Position numbers and translations under genes: made by a program
Notes under the pieces: generated by a model
Database searches by the model: none
What the model was told of the DNA's origin: nothing
Seen by the model: only the letters and a program-made list of their open reading frames with translations
Shown: piece after piece, positions 26,623 to 37,000 of the stretch
How the letters are laid out: the number at the start of each line of letters is the position of its first letter
Position numbering within the stretch: the stretch's first letter is position 1
IMG/VR virus record: IMGVR_UViG_3300036770_003400
Direction: 5' to 3' (one strand)
Source: a virus
Length of the DNA: 64,000 nucleotides

Positions 26623-27651
26623 ATGGCAACTCTGAGCACCAGCAACCTGACGCTTGCCGACTGGGCAAAGCGCACCGATCCCGATGGCCGCATCCCGGTC
26701 ATCGCGGAACTCCTGTCGCAATCCAACGAAGTGCTGGATGACTGCGTCTTCAAGGAAGGCAACCTGCCGACCGGCGACCGCGTCGTGGTCCGCACCGGTC
26801 TGCCCGCCGTCTACTGGCGCGCGCTGAACCAAGGTATCCCGTCCAGCAAGAGCACGACTGCCCAGGTCGATGAAGGCTGCGGCATCCTCGAGGCGCGCTC
26901 CGAGGTGGACAAGGATCTGGCCATGCTGAACGGCAACACCGCTCAGTTCCGCTTGTCCGAGGACACGGCGTTTCTGGAAGCCATGAACCAGACCATGGCT
27001 ACGACGCTGTTCTACGGCAACCCTTCGACCGACCCGAAACAATTCCTCGGTCTGGCGCCGCGTTACAGCGACATCGGCGCTGGCTCCCCGAACAACAGCC
27101 AGAACATCCTCGATGCTGGCGGCACGGGTTCGGACAACACCAGCATCTTCCTGGTGGTCTGGGGCGACCAGACGGTTTACTGCCCGTTCCCGAAGGGCAG
27201 CAAGGCCGGTCTGATGCACGAGGATCTCGGCGAGCAGACGGTGTACAACAGCGACGGCACCCGCCTGCAGGCGTTCGCTACCCGCTATCAGTGGAAATCT
27301 GGTCTCGTGGTCAAGGACTGGCGCTACGTCGTTCGCATCGCCAACATCGATGTGTCCGACCTGATCGGCCAGACTGGTACGCAGGAAGCGACCGATGCGA
27401 CCAACATCATCAAGCTGATGGCGAGGTCTGTGTATCGCATCCCGAACATGTCCGTCGGCCGCGCGGCGTTCTACATGAATCGCACCGTGCATTCCGGTCT
27501 TGCCATTGCCGCCCTGGACAAGAGCCAGAACGTGCTCAACATCAATCAGGGCCTGTCGCAGTTCGGCACCCCGCAGAGCTACCTGAGTTTCCTGGGCGTT
27601 CCCATCCGCCGCGTCGATGCTCTGGTCAACACTGAAACCCGCGTCCAATAA
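26623..27651 (+). CDS. major capsid protein (BPP-1 Bbp17-like)
   Basis: TLADWAKRTDP, VRTGLP...WR.LNQG, KDWRYVVRIANID, FLGVPIRRVD. Confidence 0.92.
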   Translation: MATLSTSNLTLADWAKRTDPDGRIPVIAELLSQSNEVLDDCVFKEGNLPTGDRVVVRTGLPAVYWRALNQGIPSSKSTTAQVDEGCGILEARSEVDKDLAMLNGNTAQFRLSEDTAFLEAMNQTMATTLFYGNPSTDPKQFLGLAPRYSDIGAGSPNNSQNILDAGGTGSDNTSIFLVVWGDQTVYCPFPKGSKAGLMHEDLGEQTVYNSDGTRLQAFATRYQWKSGLVVKDWRYVVRIANIDVSDLIGQTGTQEATDATNIIKLMARSVYRIPNMSVGRAAFYMNRTVHSGLAIAALDKSQNVLNINQGLSQFGTPQSYLSFLGVPIRRVDALVNTETRVQ

Positions 27652-27675
27652 CGCCGGCACTGAAAGGAAACCATC

Positions 27676-28116
27676 ATGATTACTGATGCACTGCTTCGAG
27701 TTTCTGCCGATCAGGCAGTCACGGCGACCGCCGTTTCGACTGACAAGATCGACCTGTCGGTGGCCCGCGACATCGGCGAAGGACACCCGCTGTATTTCGT
27801 GTTCACGGTCACTGAGACGTTCCTGACGCTGACCTCTCTGACGTTCGAGGTTGTGACGGATGACAATGCGTCTCTGTCGTCGCCGGCCGTCATTGGTGAC
27901 ACCGGCGCAATTACTCTGGCATCCGGCAATCTAGCTGCGGGCAAGCAACACATCGTTGTCATCCCGCCTCAGATCGCCAGCCTGGGCGAGCGCTATCTCG
28001 GCGCGCGATACACCGTCGGTGGCAGCAACGCGACCGCCGGCAAGGTCACGGCCGACATCGTTCTGGATATCCAGGATGGCCGCAAGTTCTACGCTTCTGG
28101 CTTCTCGGTGACCTGA
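27676..28116 (+). CDS. capsid cement/decoration protein (Bbp16-like)
   Basis: MITDALL..S..QAVT, RYLGARYTV; follows capsid gene. Confidence 0.8.
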   Translation: MITDALLRVSADQAVTATAVSTDKIDLSVARDIGEGHPLYFVFTVTETFLTLTSLTFEVVTDDNASLSSPAVIGDTGAITLASGNLAAGKQHIVVIPPQIASLGERYLGARYTVGGSNATAGKVTADIVLDIQDGRKFYASGFSVT

Positions 28117-28131
28117 TAAGGAGGTGATCCA

Positions 28132-28359
28132 ATGAAGGTCCGCGCCCGTACAGTCGTGTTCGTCGGAAACGCGCTGAGACAGGAAGGCGATGTCTTCGAT
28201 TACGATGGTCCTGACAATCGCCATCTCGAACCACTGGAGCAGCCGGTTGAAGTCGAGCCGGAGCTGGTGGCCGAGCCGGTGGTGCAGCAGGGTCCGGTAG
28301 TGGCCGAAGAAGCGCCTGCCAAGTGGCGTCCGAAGCGATTCCGTGCTGGTGCGAACTGA
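28132..28359 (+). CDS. small virion-associated protein
   Basis: AAGGAGG RBS; GDVFDYDG motif. Confidence 0.55.
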   Translation: MKVRARTVVFVGNALRQEGDVFDYDGPDNRHLEPLEQPVEVEPELVAEPVVQQGPVVAEEAPAKWRPKRFRAGAN

Positions 28360-28378
28360 CATCTGTTGGTGATCGACG

Positions 28379-28409
28379 GGGGCTGTCGGGTGACCGATGG
28401 CCCCTTTTT
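28379..28409 (+). terminator. Rho-independent terminator
   Basis: 11-bp stem, GTGA loop, T5 tract. Confidence 0.8.
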
Positions 28410-28424
28410 GCATGAGGGGGAGGC

Positions 28425-29105
28425 ATGGCCAGCATCGTAGACATCTGCAACCTCGCACTGAGTCACCTGGGCGACGATGCGACCGTGTCGAGTATCAGCC
28501 CGCCGGAAGGGTCCGCGCAGGCCGAGCACTGCGCCCGGTTCTATCCGATAGCGCGCAACACCCTGCTCGAAATGCATCAGTGGAACTTCGCCAGCAAACG
28601 CGCCACCCTGGCGCAAGTCGCGAATCCCTGGCCCGAATGGGAATACGCCTACGCGCTGCCTGCCGATTGTCTGGTCGCGCTGTCGGTCATGCCGCCGGAT
28701 GCGCAGGATGACTACGCCACTAGGGTCGTGCCGACAGACTCGCCGCTCTGGGCGCACAACTACAGCCCGGTCGTTGCGGCCGGTCGCTATGTGCCGCAGC
28801 CGTACAGCATCGAGATGGACGCCGCCGGCAATGAGATCCTGCTGACGAACCAGGAGAACGCGCACCTGCGCTATTCCTACATCGTCACGGACACGACCAA
28901 GTTCTCGCCGCTGTTCATCATCGCGCTGTCGCACCTGCTGGCTAGCTATCTTGCCGGACCGGTCCTGAAAGGCGATGCCGGCATCCAGATCAGCCGGCAG
29001 CAGATGGCCACCGCAATGGGCTACCTTGCGCAGGCGCGCATGTCTGACGCCAATCAGCGCAAGATCAACGTCGAGCACATCGTTCCGTTCATCGCAGGAC
29101 GTTGA
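28425..29105 (+). CDS. tail tubular protein A / head-tail adaptor
   Basis: MASIVDICNLALSHLG, HQWNFA, YAYALPADC. Confidence 0.85.
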   Translation: MASIVDICNLALSHLGDDATVSSISPPEGSAQAEHCARFYPIARNTLLEMHQWNFASKRATLAQVANPWPEWEYAYALPADCLVALSVMPPDAQDDYATRVVPTDSPLWAHNYSPVVAAGRYVPQPYSIEMDAAGNEILLTNQENAHLRYSYIVTDTTKFSPLFIIALSHLLASYLAGPVLKGDAGIQISRQQMATAMGYLAQARMSDANQRKINVEHIVPFIAGR

Positions 29106-29106
29106 T

Positions 29107-31566
29107 ATGGCAAACGTCCGCACCTTCCAGCGCAGCTTTGCCGGCGGTGAAGTCAGCCCGGAGATGTTCGGGCGCATCGATGATGTGCGCTTTCAGACCG
29201 GCGCCGCGTTGCTGCGCAACTTCATCGCGACACCGCAGGGACCGGCCAGGAATCGTCCTGGCTTCTCGTTCGTGCGCGAGGTCAAGGATTCAACCAAGCG
29301 AACGCGCCTGATCCCGTTCACGTTTTCGACCACGCAGACCATGGTCCTTGAGGTCGGCGACGGTTACATAAGATTCCATACGCAAGGCGCGACATTGCTT
29401 GCCGGAACGCCTGCGGCATACAACAACGCGACCAGCTATCTGATCGGTGACCTTGTGAGCAGCGGTGGCGTCAACTACTACTGCATTGCGAACACGACCG
29501 GCAACGCGCCGCCGAACGTCACCTATTGGTACCCGCTGCCGTCCGCCGCCTACGAGATTCCGACGCCGTATCTGGAAGCCGACCTGTTTGATATCCACTA
29601 CGTGCAAAGCGCCGACATCCTCACTCTGGTGCATCCGAATCATGCACCGCGTGAGCTGCGCCGTCTCGGTGCTACGCGCTGGACACTGACGACCATTCCG
29701 TTCGTCCCGGTGCTGCCTGCGCCGACGGGTGTTTCGGTGGCGACGTATATCCCGGCATCGGCAGGGGTCAACGTCGATACCTATCAGACATGGTCGTATG
29801 TGGTCACGGCCGTCAGTGCGGATGGCTTCAGCGAAACGGTGCAGTCCGCAGCGGCGACCGGCAGCAACAACCTTTTCGTGACCGGCGCAACCAACACGAT
29901 TTCCTGGTCCGCCGTATCCGGTGCGAGCCGCTACAACGTGTACAAGCTGCAGGGTGGGCTGTACGGATACATCGGGCAGACGGCTGGCCTGTCCATCGTG
30001 GACGACAACATCGCGCCGGACCTCAGCATCACGCCGCGCAACTACGACACGATCTTCGCGAGCGCCGGCAACTATCCGGCAGCGGTGTCGTACTTTGAGC
30101 AGCGCCGATGCTTCGCCGGCAGCATCAATGAGCCGCAGACCATCTGGATGACGCGCTCCGGCACCGAGTCGGACATGTCCTATGCGCTGCCGATTGTGGA
30201 CTCTGACCGCATCAAGTTCCGCGTGGCAGCGCGCGAGGCCAACACGATCCGGCACATCGTTCCGCTGACGCAGCTTCTCCTGCTGACCAGCGCGGCCGAG
30301 TGGCGCGTGTCATCGATCAACAGCGACGCCATCACGCCGAGTTCGATCTCCGTGCGGCCGCAGTCCTACGTCGGCGCCAGCAATGTCCAGCCGTCGATCA
30401 TCAATAACACGATGGTCTACGTCGCATCGCGTGGCGGTCACGTCCGCGAACTCGGCTATTCCTGGCAAGCCAATGGCTTCATCACTGGTGACCTGAGCCT
30501 GCGAGCGGCGCATCTGTTCGACACGTTCGACATCCGGGACATGTGCTACAGCAAGGCGCCGGAGCCGCTGCTCTGGTTCGTGTCGAGCAACGGCAAGCTG
30601 CTCGGCCTGACGTACATCCCGGAGCAGCAGATCGGGGCGTGGCACCAGCACGATACGGATGGCGTGTTCGAGTCCTGCACGACGGTTGCCGAGGGCAACG
30701 AAGACATCCTGTACTGCATCATCCGCCGGGTCATCAACGGCGTGAGCAAGCGCTACGTAGAGCGCATGGCGACACGCGAGGTCACCACCCTGGCGAACAG
30801 CTTCTTCGTGGATTCGGGCCTGTCCTACAACGGCACGAATACGGCATCGACGACGGTCACGGTGACGACCGGCACGACGTACCTCCCCGGCCAGGATCTG
30901 ACGATTACCAGTTCGGCGCCGATCTTCGCGCACCCGGCAACGACCGATGTCGATGATGTGATCGTCCTGACGACCGCTGATGGCCAGCAGTACCGGCTGC
31001 GCATCATCAGCACCACCTCGACCAGTGTGGCGACTGCGCGCACGGACAAGGCTTTGCCGACCGCATTGCAGGCGACGGCGACTGCGGTCTGGGCCTGGGC
31101 GCGCAAGGACTTTGCGGGCCTTGGCCACCTGGAAGGCAAGACTTTGTCGATCCTGGCGGACGGTGCGGTGCATCCTAAGCGCGTGGTGACCTCGGGGGCC
31201 ATCACCCTAGAGCGTCCTGCTACCATCGTGCATATCGGCCTGGGGTATGAGTCCGACCTGGAGACCCTGCCGCTGACGCTGCAGATCGAGGGCTTCGGAC
31301 AAGGGCGTTACAAGAACGTCAACAATGCTTATGTGCGGGTGTTCCAGTCCAGCGGCGTGTTCGTCGGCCCGTCAGCAACGAAACTGGTCGAGGCGAAGAT
31401 GAGAACCACCGAGCCCTACGGATCGCCGCCGTCGCTGCGCACCGGAGAAATCGAGGTGCTGCTGACTCCGTCCTGGCAGGACTCCGGGCAGGTCTACATC
31501 CGGCAGAAGGATCCATTGCCGCTGACGATTGTGTCGCTGACACTCGAAGTCTCGCTCGGCGGGTAA
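29107..31566 (+). CDS. tail tubular protein B / nozzle
   Basis: SFAGGEVSP, TPQG...RPG, YVQSAD, FEQR..FAG, EQQIGAWHQH. Confidence 0.88.
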   Translation: MANVRTFQRSFAGGEVSPEMFGRIDDVRFQTGAALLRNFIATPQGPARNRPGFSFVREVKDSTKRTRLIPFTFSTTQTMVLEVGDGYIRFHTQGATLLAGTPAAYNNATSYLIGDLVSSGGVNYYCIANTTGNAPPNVTYWYPLPSAAYEIPTPYLEADLFDIHYVQSADILTLVHPNHAPRELRRLGATRWTLTTIPFVPVLPAPTGVSVATYIPASAGVNVDTYQTWSYVVTAVSADGFSETVQSAAATGSNNLFVTGATNTISWSAVSGASRYNVYKLQGGLYGYIGQTAGLSIVDDNIAPDLSITPRNYDTIFASAGNYPAAVSYFEQRRCFAGSINEPQTIWMTRSGTESDMSYALPIVDSDRIKFRVAAREANTIRHIVPLTQLLLLTSAAEWRVSSINSDAITPSSISVRPQSYVGASNVQPSIINNTMVYVASRGGHVRELGYSWQANGFITGDLSLRAAHLFDTFDIRDMCYSKAPEPLLWFVSSNGKLLGLTYIPEQQIGAWHQHDTDGVFESCTTVAEGNEDILYCIIRRVINGVSKRYVERMATREVTTLANSFFVDSGLSYNGTNTASTTVTVTTGTTYLPGQDLTITSSAPIFAHPATTDVDDVIVLTTADGQQYRLRIISTTSTSVATARTDKALPTALQATATAVWAWARKDFAGLGHLEGKTLSILADGAVHPKRVVTSGAITLERPATIVHIGLGYESDLETLPLTLQIEGFGQGRYKNVNNAYVRVFQSSGVFVGPSATKLVEAKMRTTEPYGSPPSLRTGEIEVLLTPSWQDSGQVYIRQKDPLPLTIVSLTLEVSLGG

Positions 31567-31576
31567 GGAGAAAAGC

Positions 31577-32251
31577 ATGGCGATTGGAGCACCAACAATG
31601 CTGGCCGGTGGCGGCGGCGCCGCTAGTGCGCCTGCAGGAGCCGGCGGCTTTGGTGGAATGATGGGCACCATGGCTCCCTGGCTGATGGCAGCAGGCGCCA
31701 TCCAGGGCGCTATCGGCAGCTACTACAGCGCGAAGTCTCAGCAGTATCAGCTACGGTCCCAGGCGTCGAGCCTGCGGTTCCAGAGCGCGATGTCGGACAT
31801 CAATGCCAGAGCGGCCGAGTTCGAGGCGCAGTCGCTGTCGCGCGCCGGCCAGCGGCAGATCGGGCTGTACACGCAGCGCGCCGGTCAGATTCGCGGAGCA
31901 ACTCGCGCATCCCTGGCGGCGCGTGGCGGCGTCCTCGGCGAGGGATCGAATGTCGAGCTGCAGGCCTCGCAAGATCTGGCCAAGGAGATCGATGTCCTGG
32001 CGATCAATGCCAACACGGTGCGCGCAGTGGCAGCAGCACGGACGCAGGTCGTCAACCTGCAGAATCAGGCCTTGCTGCAGCGCGTGAGTGCAGAGGGCGC
32101 GGAAGGCTCGGCCAGGACGATCAATCCCTACCTCGCTGCATTCGGAAGCCTGCTCGGCAGCGCATCGACGGTGGCGCCTGTGTTCTACCGTGACATGAGC
32201 CGTGACAGGCTGATCGCCGCGCAACTTGCACAACGGCCGGGAGGCGGCTGA
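31577..32251 (+). CDS. internal virion (ejection) protein
   Basis: Gly/Ala-rich N-terminus then helical region; position. Confidence 0.7.
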   Translation: MAIGAPTMLAGGGGAASAPAGAGGFGGMMGTMAPWLMAAGAIQGAIGSYYSAKSQQYQLRSQASSLRFQSAMSDINARAAEFEAQSLSRAGQRQIGLYTQRAGQIRGATRASLAARGGVLGEGSNVELQASQDLAKEIDVLAINANTVRAVAAARTQVVNLQNQALLQRVSAEGAEGSARTINPYLAAFGSLLGSASTVAPVFYRDMSRDRLIAAQLAQRPGGG

Positions 32252-34026
32252 TGGCAACCATCCCAGGAATCCTGCCGACCGTCGAGCCGCAAGGTGCTGG
32301 GCAACCCGGCTTCTCTGCGCCGACCATCGCGCCCGTACAGAACTTCGCCGGACAGCAGATGGAGCAGGTCGGGGAAGGCCTGCTGCGCCTCGGCGCTGTC
32401 GGGCAGCAGCTATCCATTCGCATCCAGAACGACCTGGACGATGCGCGTAGTAAGGAGATCGACACCCAGTTCGCGAGTGTCATCAGCGATTCCCTGTTCA
32501 ACCCGGAGACCGGCTACGTTAACCGAGTCGGCAAGGATGCCGTCGATGCCCGCAAGGCGGTGCAGGAGCGCATTGCCAAGGCGCGCCAGGATCTTGAGGG
32601 GTCTCTTGAGAACGATGTCCAGAAGTACATCTTCAAGCAGTACGCTGACCGGCGCATGCTCGCGGCCACGCAGGACATCGACCAGCATGCCGTGCGACAG
32701 TTGCGGCAGTACAACATCAACGAGTCCGAGAACCGCCGTGACAACCTGATGCAGGATGCCGTCACGCATGCCGACAGGTTCCTGGACCCGGCTGATCAGA
32801 ACCAGTTCATGTTCTTCAAGAAGGCCATGATCGCCGAGGTCAAGAACCTCGCATCGCTCAATGGCGTTCCTGAGAACTCCGAGCAGTACAAGGCCCTGGA
32901 GCGCACCGCTACAACCCGGCTGCATACCATGGCCATCTCGAACTTCATTGCCAACGAGAAGCCCGCCTTGGCGCAGTCGTATCTGAAAACGTACTCAGGT
33001 GAGATCGACAAGGCGCAGCTCGATAACATCACTCGCGCGGTCACGCAGGCGAAGACGACGGCCGATGTAAAAGATGAATCGCTGCGGCTGTCGTTGACGA
33101 TGAAGGGCACACTAGCCGAGCAGACGGCCGCGCTGAATCGCATGTTTACCGACGGCAAGATCACTGCCGATGTGCGCGATGCCACCTTGCAGCGAGTCGA
33201 GCATGCCGAGCAAGTGCGCCGCTCACAGCGCGCAGAGTACGAGCGCGGCCTGATCGGGCAGGCGCAGCAGTGGCTGATCAATAACCCGATGCGCCCCTGG
33301 ACCGACATGCCGACATCATTGCAGGCCGGGCTGCGCAATTCCGGACAACTCGACAACATGCTGTCGTTTGCCAGGAACGGTCGCTACGTCACGCAGCCGG
33401 CGGCGTACCAGGAAGTCATGGGCTTGCCGAACGAAAAGCTAGCGCGCATGAGCGAGTCTGAGTTCGTCGCTAAGTATCGCGGGCGCCTGGATGACCAGGA
33501 TTTGAACACCGGGCTGGCCAAGCTGCGCGCTTCCAAGGGCACTGCCGAACCGAAGCACCTGGAATTGATCAGCAATGCTGACAGGGTAGAACGTGCTGCG
33601 GTAAGCCTGAAAATCCTGCCTGCTGCCGGCAAGCCAAGCGGAACGCAGGCCGAGAACTTTGACAAGTTCCGCATGGATGTCATGAACAGGGTGCGCGCCT
33701 TTGAGACGACGGTGTTGCAAGGCAAGCGGGCTGCTAATGGTGAGGAATTGCAGAAGATCCTTGACACGGTAGCGCTCGACCGCGCTACGGTGCCGCGCGC
33801 CATTCTGTCGGACGTGACGAAGCCCATCTCGCAGATGACGACGGAGGAAATGGCGAAGGCCTACATGACCGTCGATGGCCGGCGCGTTCGGCTGTCGGAC
33901 ATCTCCACGGAACAGCGACGACTGCTACAGGACGCACTGTTGAAGGCCGGCAAGCCAGCCACTGAAGAGAACATCATCCGCTACTGGTTGAAGAGCCAGA
34001 GACGCGGCGCAACTGGAGCGTATTGA
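32251..34026 (+). CDS. internal virion (ejection) protein
   Basis: 591 aa helical protein; position. Confidence 0.7.
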   Translation: MATIPGILPTVEPQGAGQPGFSAPTIAPVQNFAGQQMEQVGEGLLRLGAVGQQLSIRIQNDLDDARSKEIDTQFASVISDSLFNPETGYVNRVGKDAVDARKAVQERIAKARQDLEGSLENDVQKYIFKQYADRRMLAATQDIDQHAVRQLRQYNINESENRRDNLMQDAVTHADRFLDPADQNQFMFFKKAMIAEVKNLASLNGVPENSEQYKALERTATTRLHTMAISNFIANEKPALAQSYLKTYSGEIDKAQLDNITRAVTQAKTTADVKDESLRLSLTMKGTLAEQTAALNRMFTDGKITADVRDATLQRVEHAEQVRRSQRAEYERGLIGQAQQWLINNPMRPWTDMPTSLQAGLRNSGQLDNMLSFARNGRYVTQPAAYQEVMGLPNEKLARMSESEFVAKYRGRLDDQDLNTGLAKLRASKGTAEPKHLELISNADRVERAAVSLKILPAAGKPSGTQAENFDKFRMDVMNRVRAFETTVLQGKRAANGEELQKILDTVALDRATVPRAILSDVTKPISQMTTEEMAKAYMTVDGRRVRLSDISTEQRRLLQDALLKAGKPATEENIIRYWLKSQRRGATGAY

Positions 34027-37000
34027 TGGAGAACAATCCCTACACGAAGATGATTGAGCAGGACGTCTCCGGGCGCCTGCCGAATCCCTATGTGGACATC
34101 ATTCGTCGGGACATGGAGGCCGAAGACGAGCGCTTGATGACAAGCCTCATGGCCGCATCCAAAAGCGATCCGAACAAGGCTGGCGAAGCGCAACGGCTGG
34201 CGCGTGAACTCGACCTCCCGCCGGATCTGGCTGAACGCAACCTTGATGAAGTGCGGGCCATCGTTCGGCAGCGGGCCATCGAGCGTCAGAACATGATGAC
34301 GCTGAGTCCTGTGCTTCGGGCGCAGATGACCGACCCGAACTTCGCGAAGATCGCCCAGGATCAGATCGACAATCTGTCGCTGACCGAAAAGGTGTTCAAA
34401 GGCCTGCGCGAGATCCCGAAGGATGCCGAGACGGGCTGGGCCAGTGGGCGACTGCAATCGGAACTCGGTCTGCTTGGTGAGCGCGCCATGCGCGGTGTGG
34501 CGACGCCAGACGAGATGAAGCGCATCGGCGCTATCCAGAGCCGTCTGCGGGAACTGCGTGGCACTGGCGGCTTTACAGAGGCATCCACGAAGATCCTTGG
34601 GCAGATGTCCTACACGCTGCCTGATGCCGTGCTCTACGGGCAGTCGATGGCCCTGGGTGCCGGTGCCACTGCGCTGATTGCTGGTCAGCTCGGCCCGCAG
34701 GTAGCAACGCCGGAGGAAATCTTCACCGTTCCCGGCGCGATGATCACCGGCTTCGGTGCCGGCATGGGTGCGCGCTTTGCTGAGCAGTCGGCCAGGATCG
34801 AGGCGGGCCTGCAGTACACGGAGATGATCAACGAGGGCATCGATCCGCAAGTGGCGAAGTACGTCTCAAGCGGCGTCGGTCTGGTCAACGGAACGCTTGA
34901 GGTCATCGGGGCCGGGGCTATTGCCGCACCGTTCAAGAGGCTGCTGAGCAAGAGGGTGACTCAGGAAGTTGCCGCTGCGATGACCAAGCCGACCGTGGCC
35001 ATGGCCGTCAAGGAGTTCGGCAAGAGTTACGCGACCGCCATTGGTGTCGAGGTCGGCACGGAGATTCTGCAGGAAATCGCCGGCATCGCTGGTGACGAGA
35101 TCGGCCGCGCGTACAGCAAGCCGGAACTGGAATCGAAGCTGACGACCGAGGAAGGGCGCGCCGAGATCGCACAGCGCATCGTCTCCGTGATGGAAGAGGT
35201 CACGAAGGGCATGGCCGTCCTGGCGCTTCCCGGTGCTGGCCTCAACTTCCGCAGCGACTACCGGCGGGCGCAGGACGCGAAGAAGCAGACTCAGTTCTTT
35301 GTGGAGCTCACCAAGGCAGCGAATGAAAGCGAGGTGCGCAAGCGCAACCCGGACGCCTATCAGGCGTTCATTGCCCAGCAGGCCGACGGCACCGGGGCCG
35401 AGAACATCTACATCGATGCCCGACAGTTCAACCAGACACTGCGGCAGGCTGGCGTCACGGATGAGCAACTGGCCCAGGTTCTGCCGGATGTAGCCCCGAC
35501 GCTCGCGCAGGCAGTGCAGTCTGGTGACGACATCGTCATCCCGACTGCCGACTACGCTGCCAGGATTGCCGGCACGGATCTCGGCAACGCGCTGATGCAG
35601 CATGCCCGCATCGACCCGGATGCGATGAGTGCCGCCGAGGCAGTGCAGTTCCAGGTGAACAAGGACCGCATCCTGGCTGACGCCGAGCGTGTGCTGCAAG
35701 AGAAGATGACGACGGACGAAGCCTTCGTGCAGTCAGCGAAGACGGTCGAGACGCGTTTCCTTGAACAACTGAAGGTGACCGGGCGCTACACCGACAAGGT
35801 CAACCGGGACAACGCCGCATTCGTCCGCGACTTCGTAGTGACGCAGGCGGCGCAACTGAACATGATGCCGGAGGCGTTCTACGACCGATACATGTACCGG
35901 GTGCAGGCGTCTGACCAGCCGAGGACGGCGCAGATGTTCGGGCAGGAAGTCGCTCGCGAGGTAGATCGCGACGGCATGCCAATCGCCACGATGGCCGAGG
36001 TCGAGGCGGTGGCCGACATCCCGACGGTCGAGAAGGTGCAGGAAGCAATCAACACGGTCGGCGAAGAGGAGTTCTCACGTCGAGTGCAGACCAAGATGCG
36101 CAGCCTTGGTGTCGAGATGACGCCGGAGCGCGAGGCCATGGCGACCGAGGCGGTGGCGATCAACATTGTTGCGCTGAATCGGGCGGCGGCTGCGCCTGAG
36201 GCCGGCATACTGCGGCAGGGGGCGCCGACTCGACCGCCATCAGAAGTGCTCGCCGATCTGGAAGCCGCCAAGTTCGTGCCGGACAAGGTTGCGCTGGCAA
36301 TGCTTGGTGACTTCCCAGAATACCTGCGCGGCGTCGTGGAATTCATGGTTGAGCAGCGGCAGAAGCTGGTGACCGGCACACTGACCGTGCGCGATCTTGC
36401 CAAGGCGTATTACATCACCATCGCATCGATGGGCGCTGACGCCATCAACGTCGATACGGTCGAGCGCAAGACCGGCATGAAGATCGACCCGATGTTCATT
36501 AACGAAGGCAAGGTCCGCCCGGAAGAGGCTGCGGCAGCATGGTTGCTGACACCGGAAGGCAAGCAGGCACTTGATGAACTAGAAGCTGGCACGTTCAACG
36601 AAGCACTCTGGGACAAGGGTGCCAATGTGCGCCGCGCATTCGGTGATGATCGATTCGCAACGTTCCGGGCGTTCGATGAAAACGTCAAGGGCATCAACTT
36701 CCGTTCGCTTGATACGTTGCTCACTCAGATCAACGAAGCCGGCAAGGCGCAGGATTTCGCGCAACTGGAAAAGCTGGTCGTGCTGTTGCAAGGCATTGGT
36801 CGAGGCAAGATTGGCTTCATCAAGCACATGCTCGGCATGGGCGATTCGCCGACCATCGATGCCGTCGAGATCAACTTCTGGATTACGGGCCAGGGCGATA
36901 TCGGCAACCTGAAGACCAAGCAGGCCAAACTGGCGCGCGAGGTCAAGGCAGCATCAAGCGACCGCCGCGTGAGTGCCGAGTTGTTCAATCGCATCGTTGA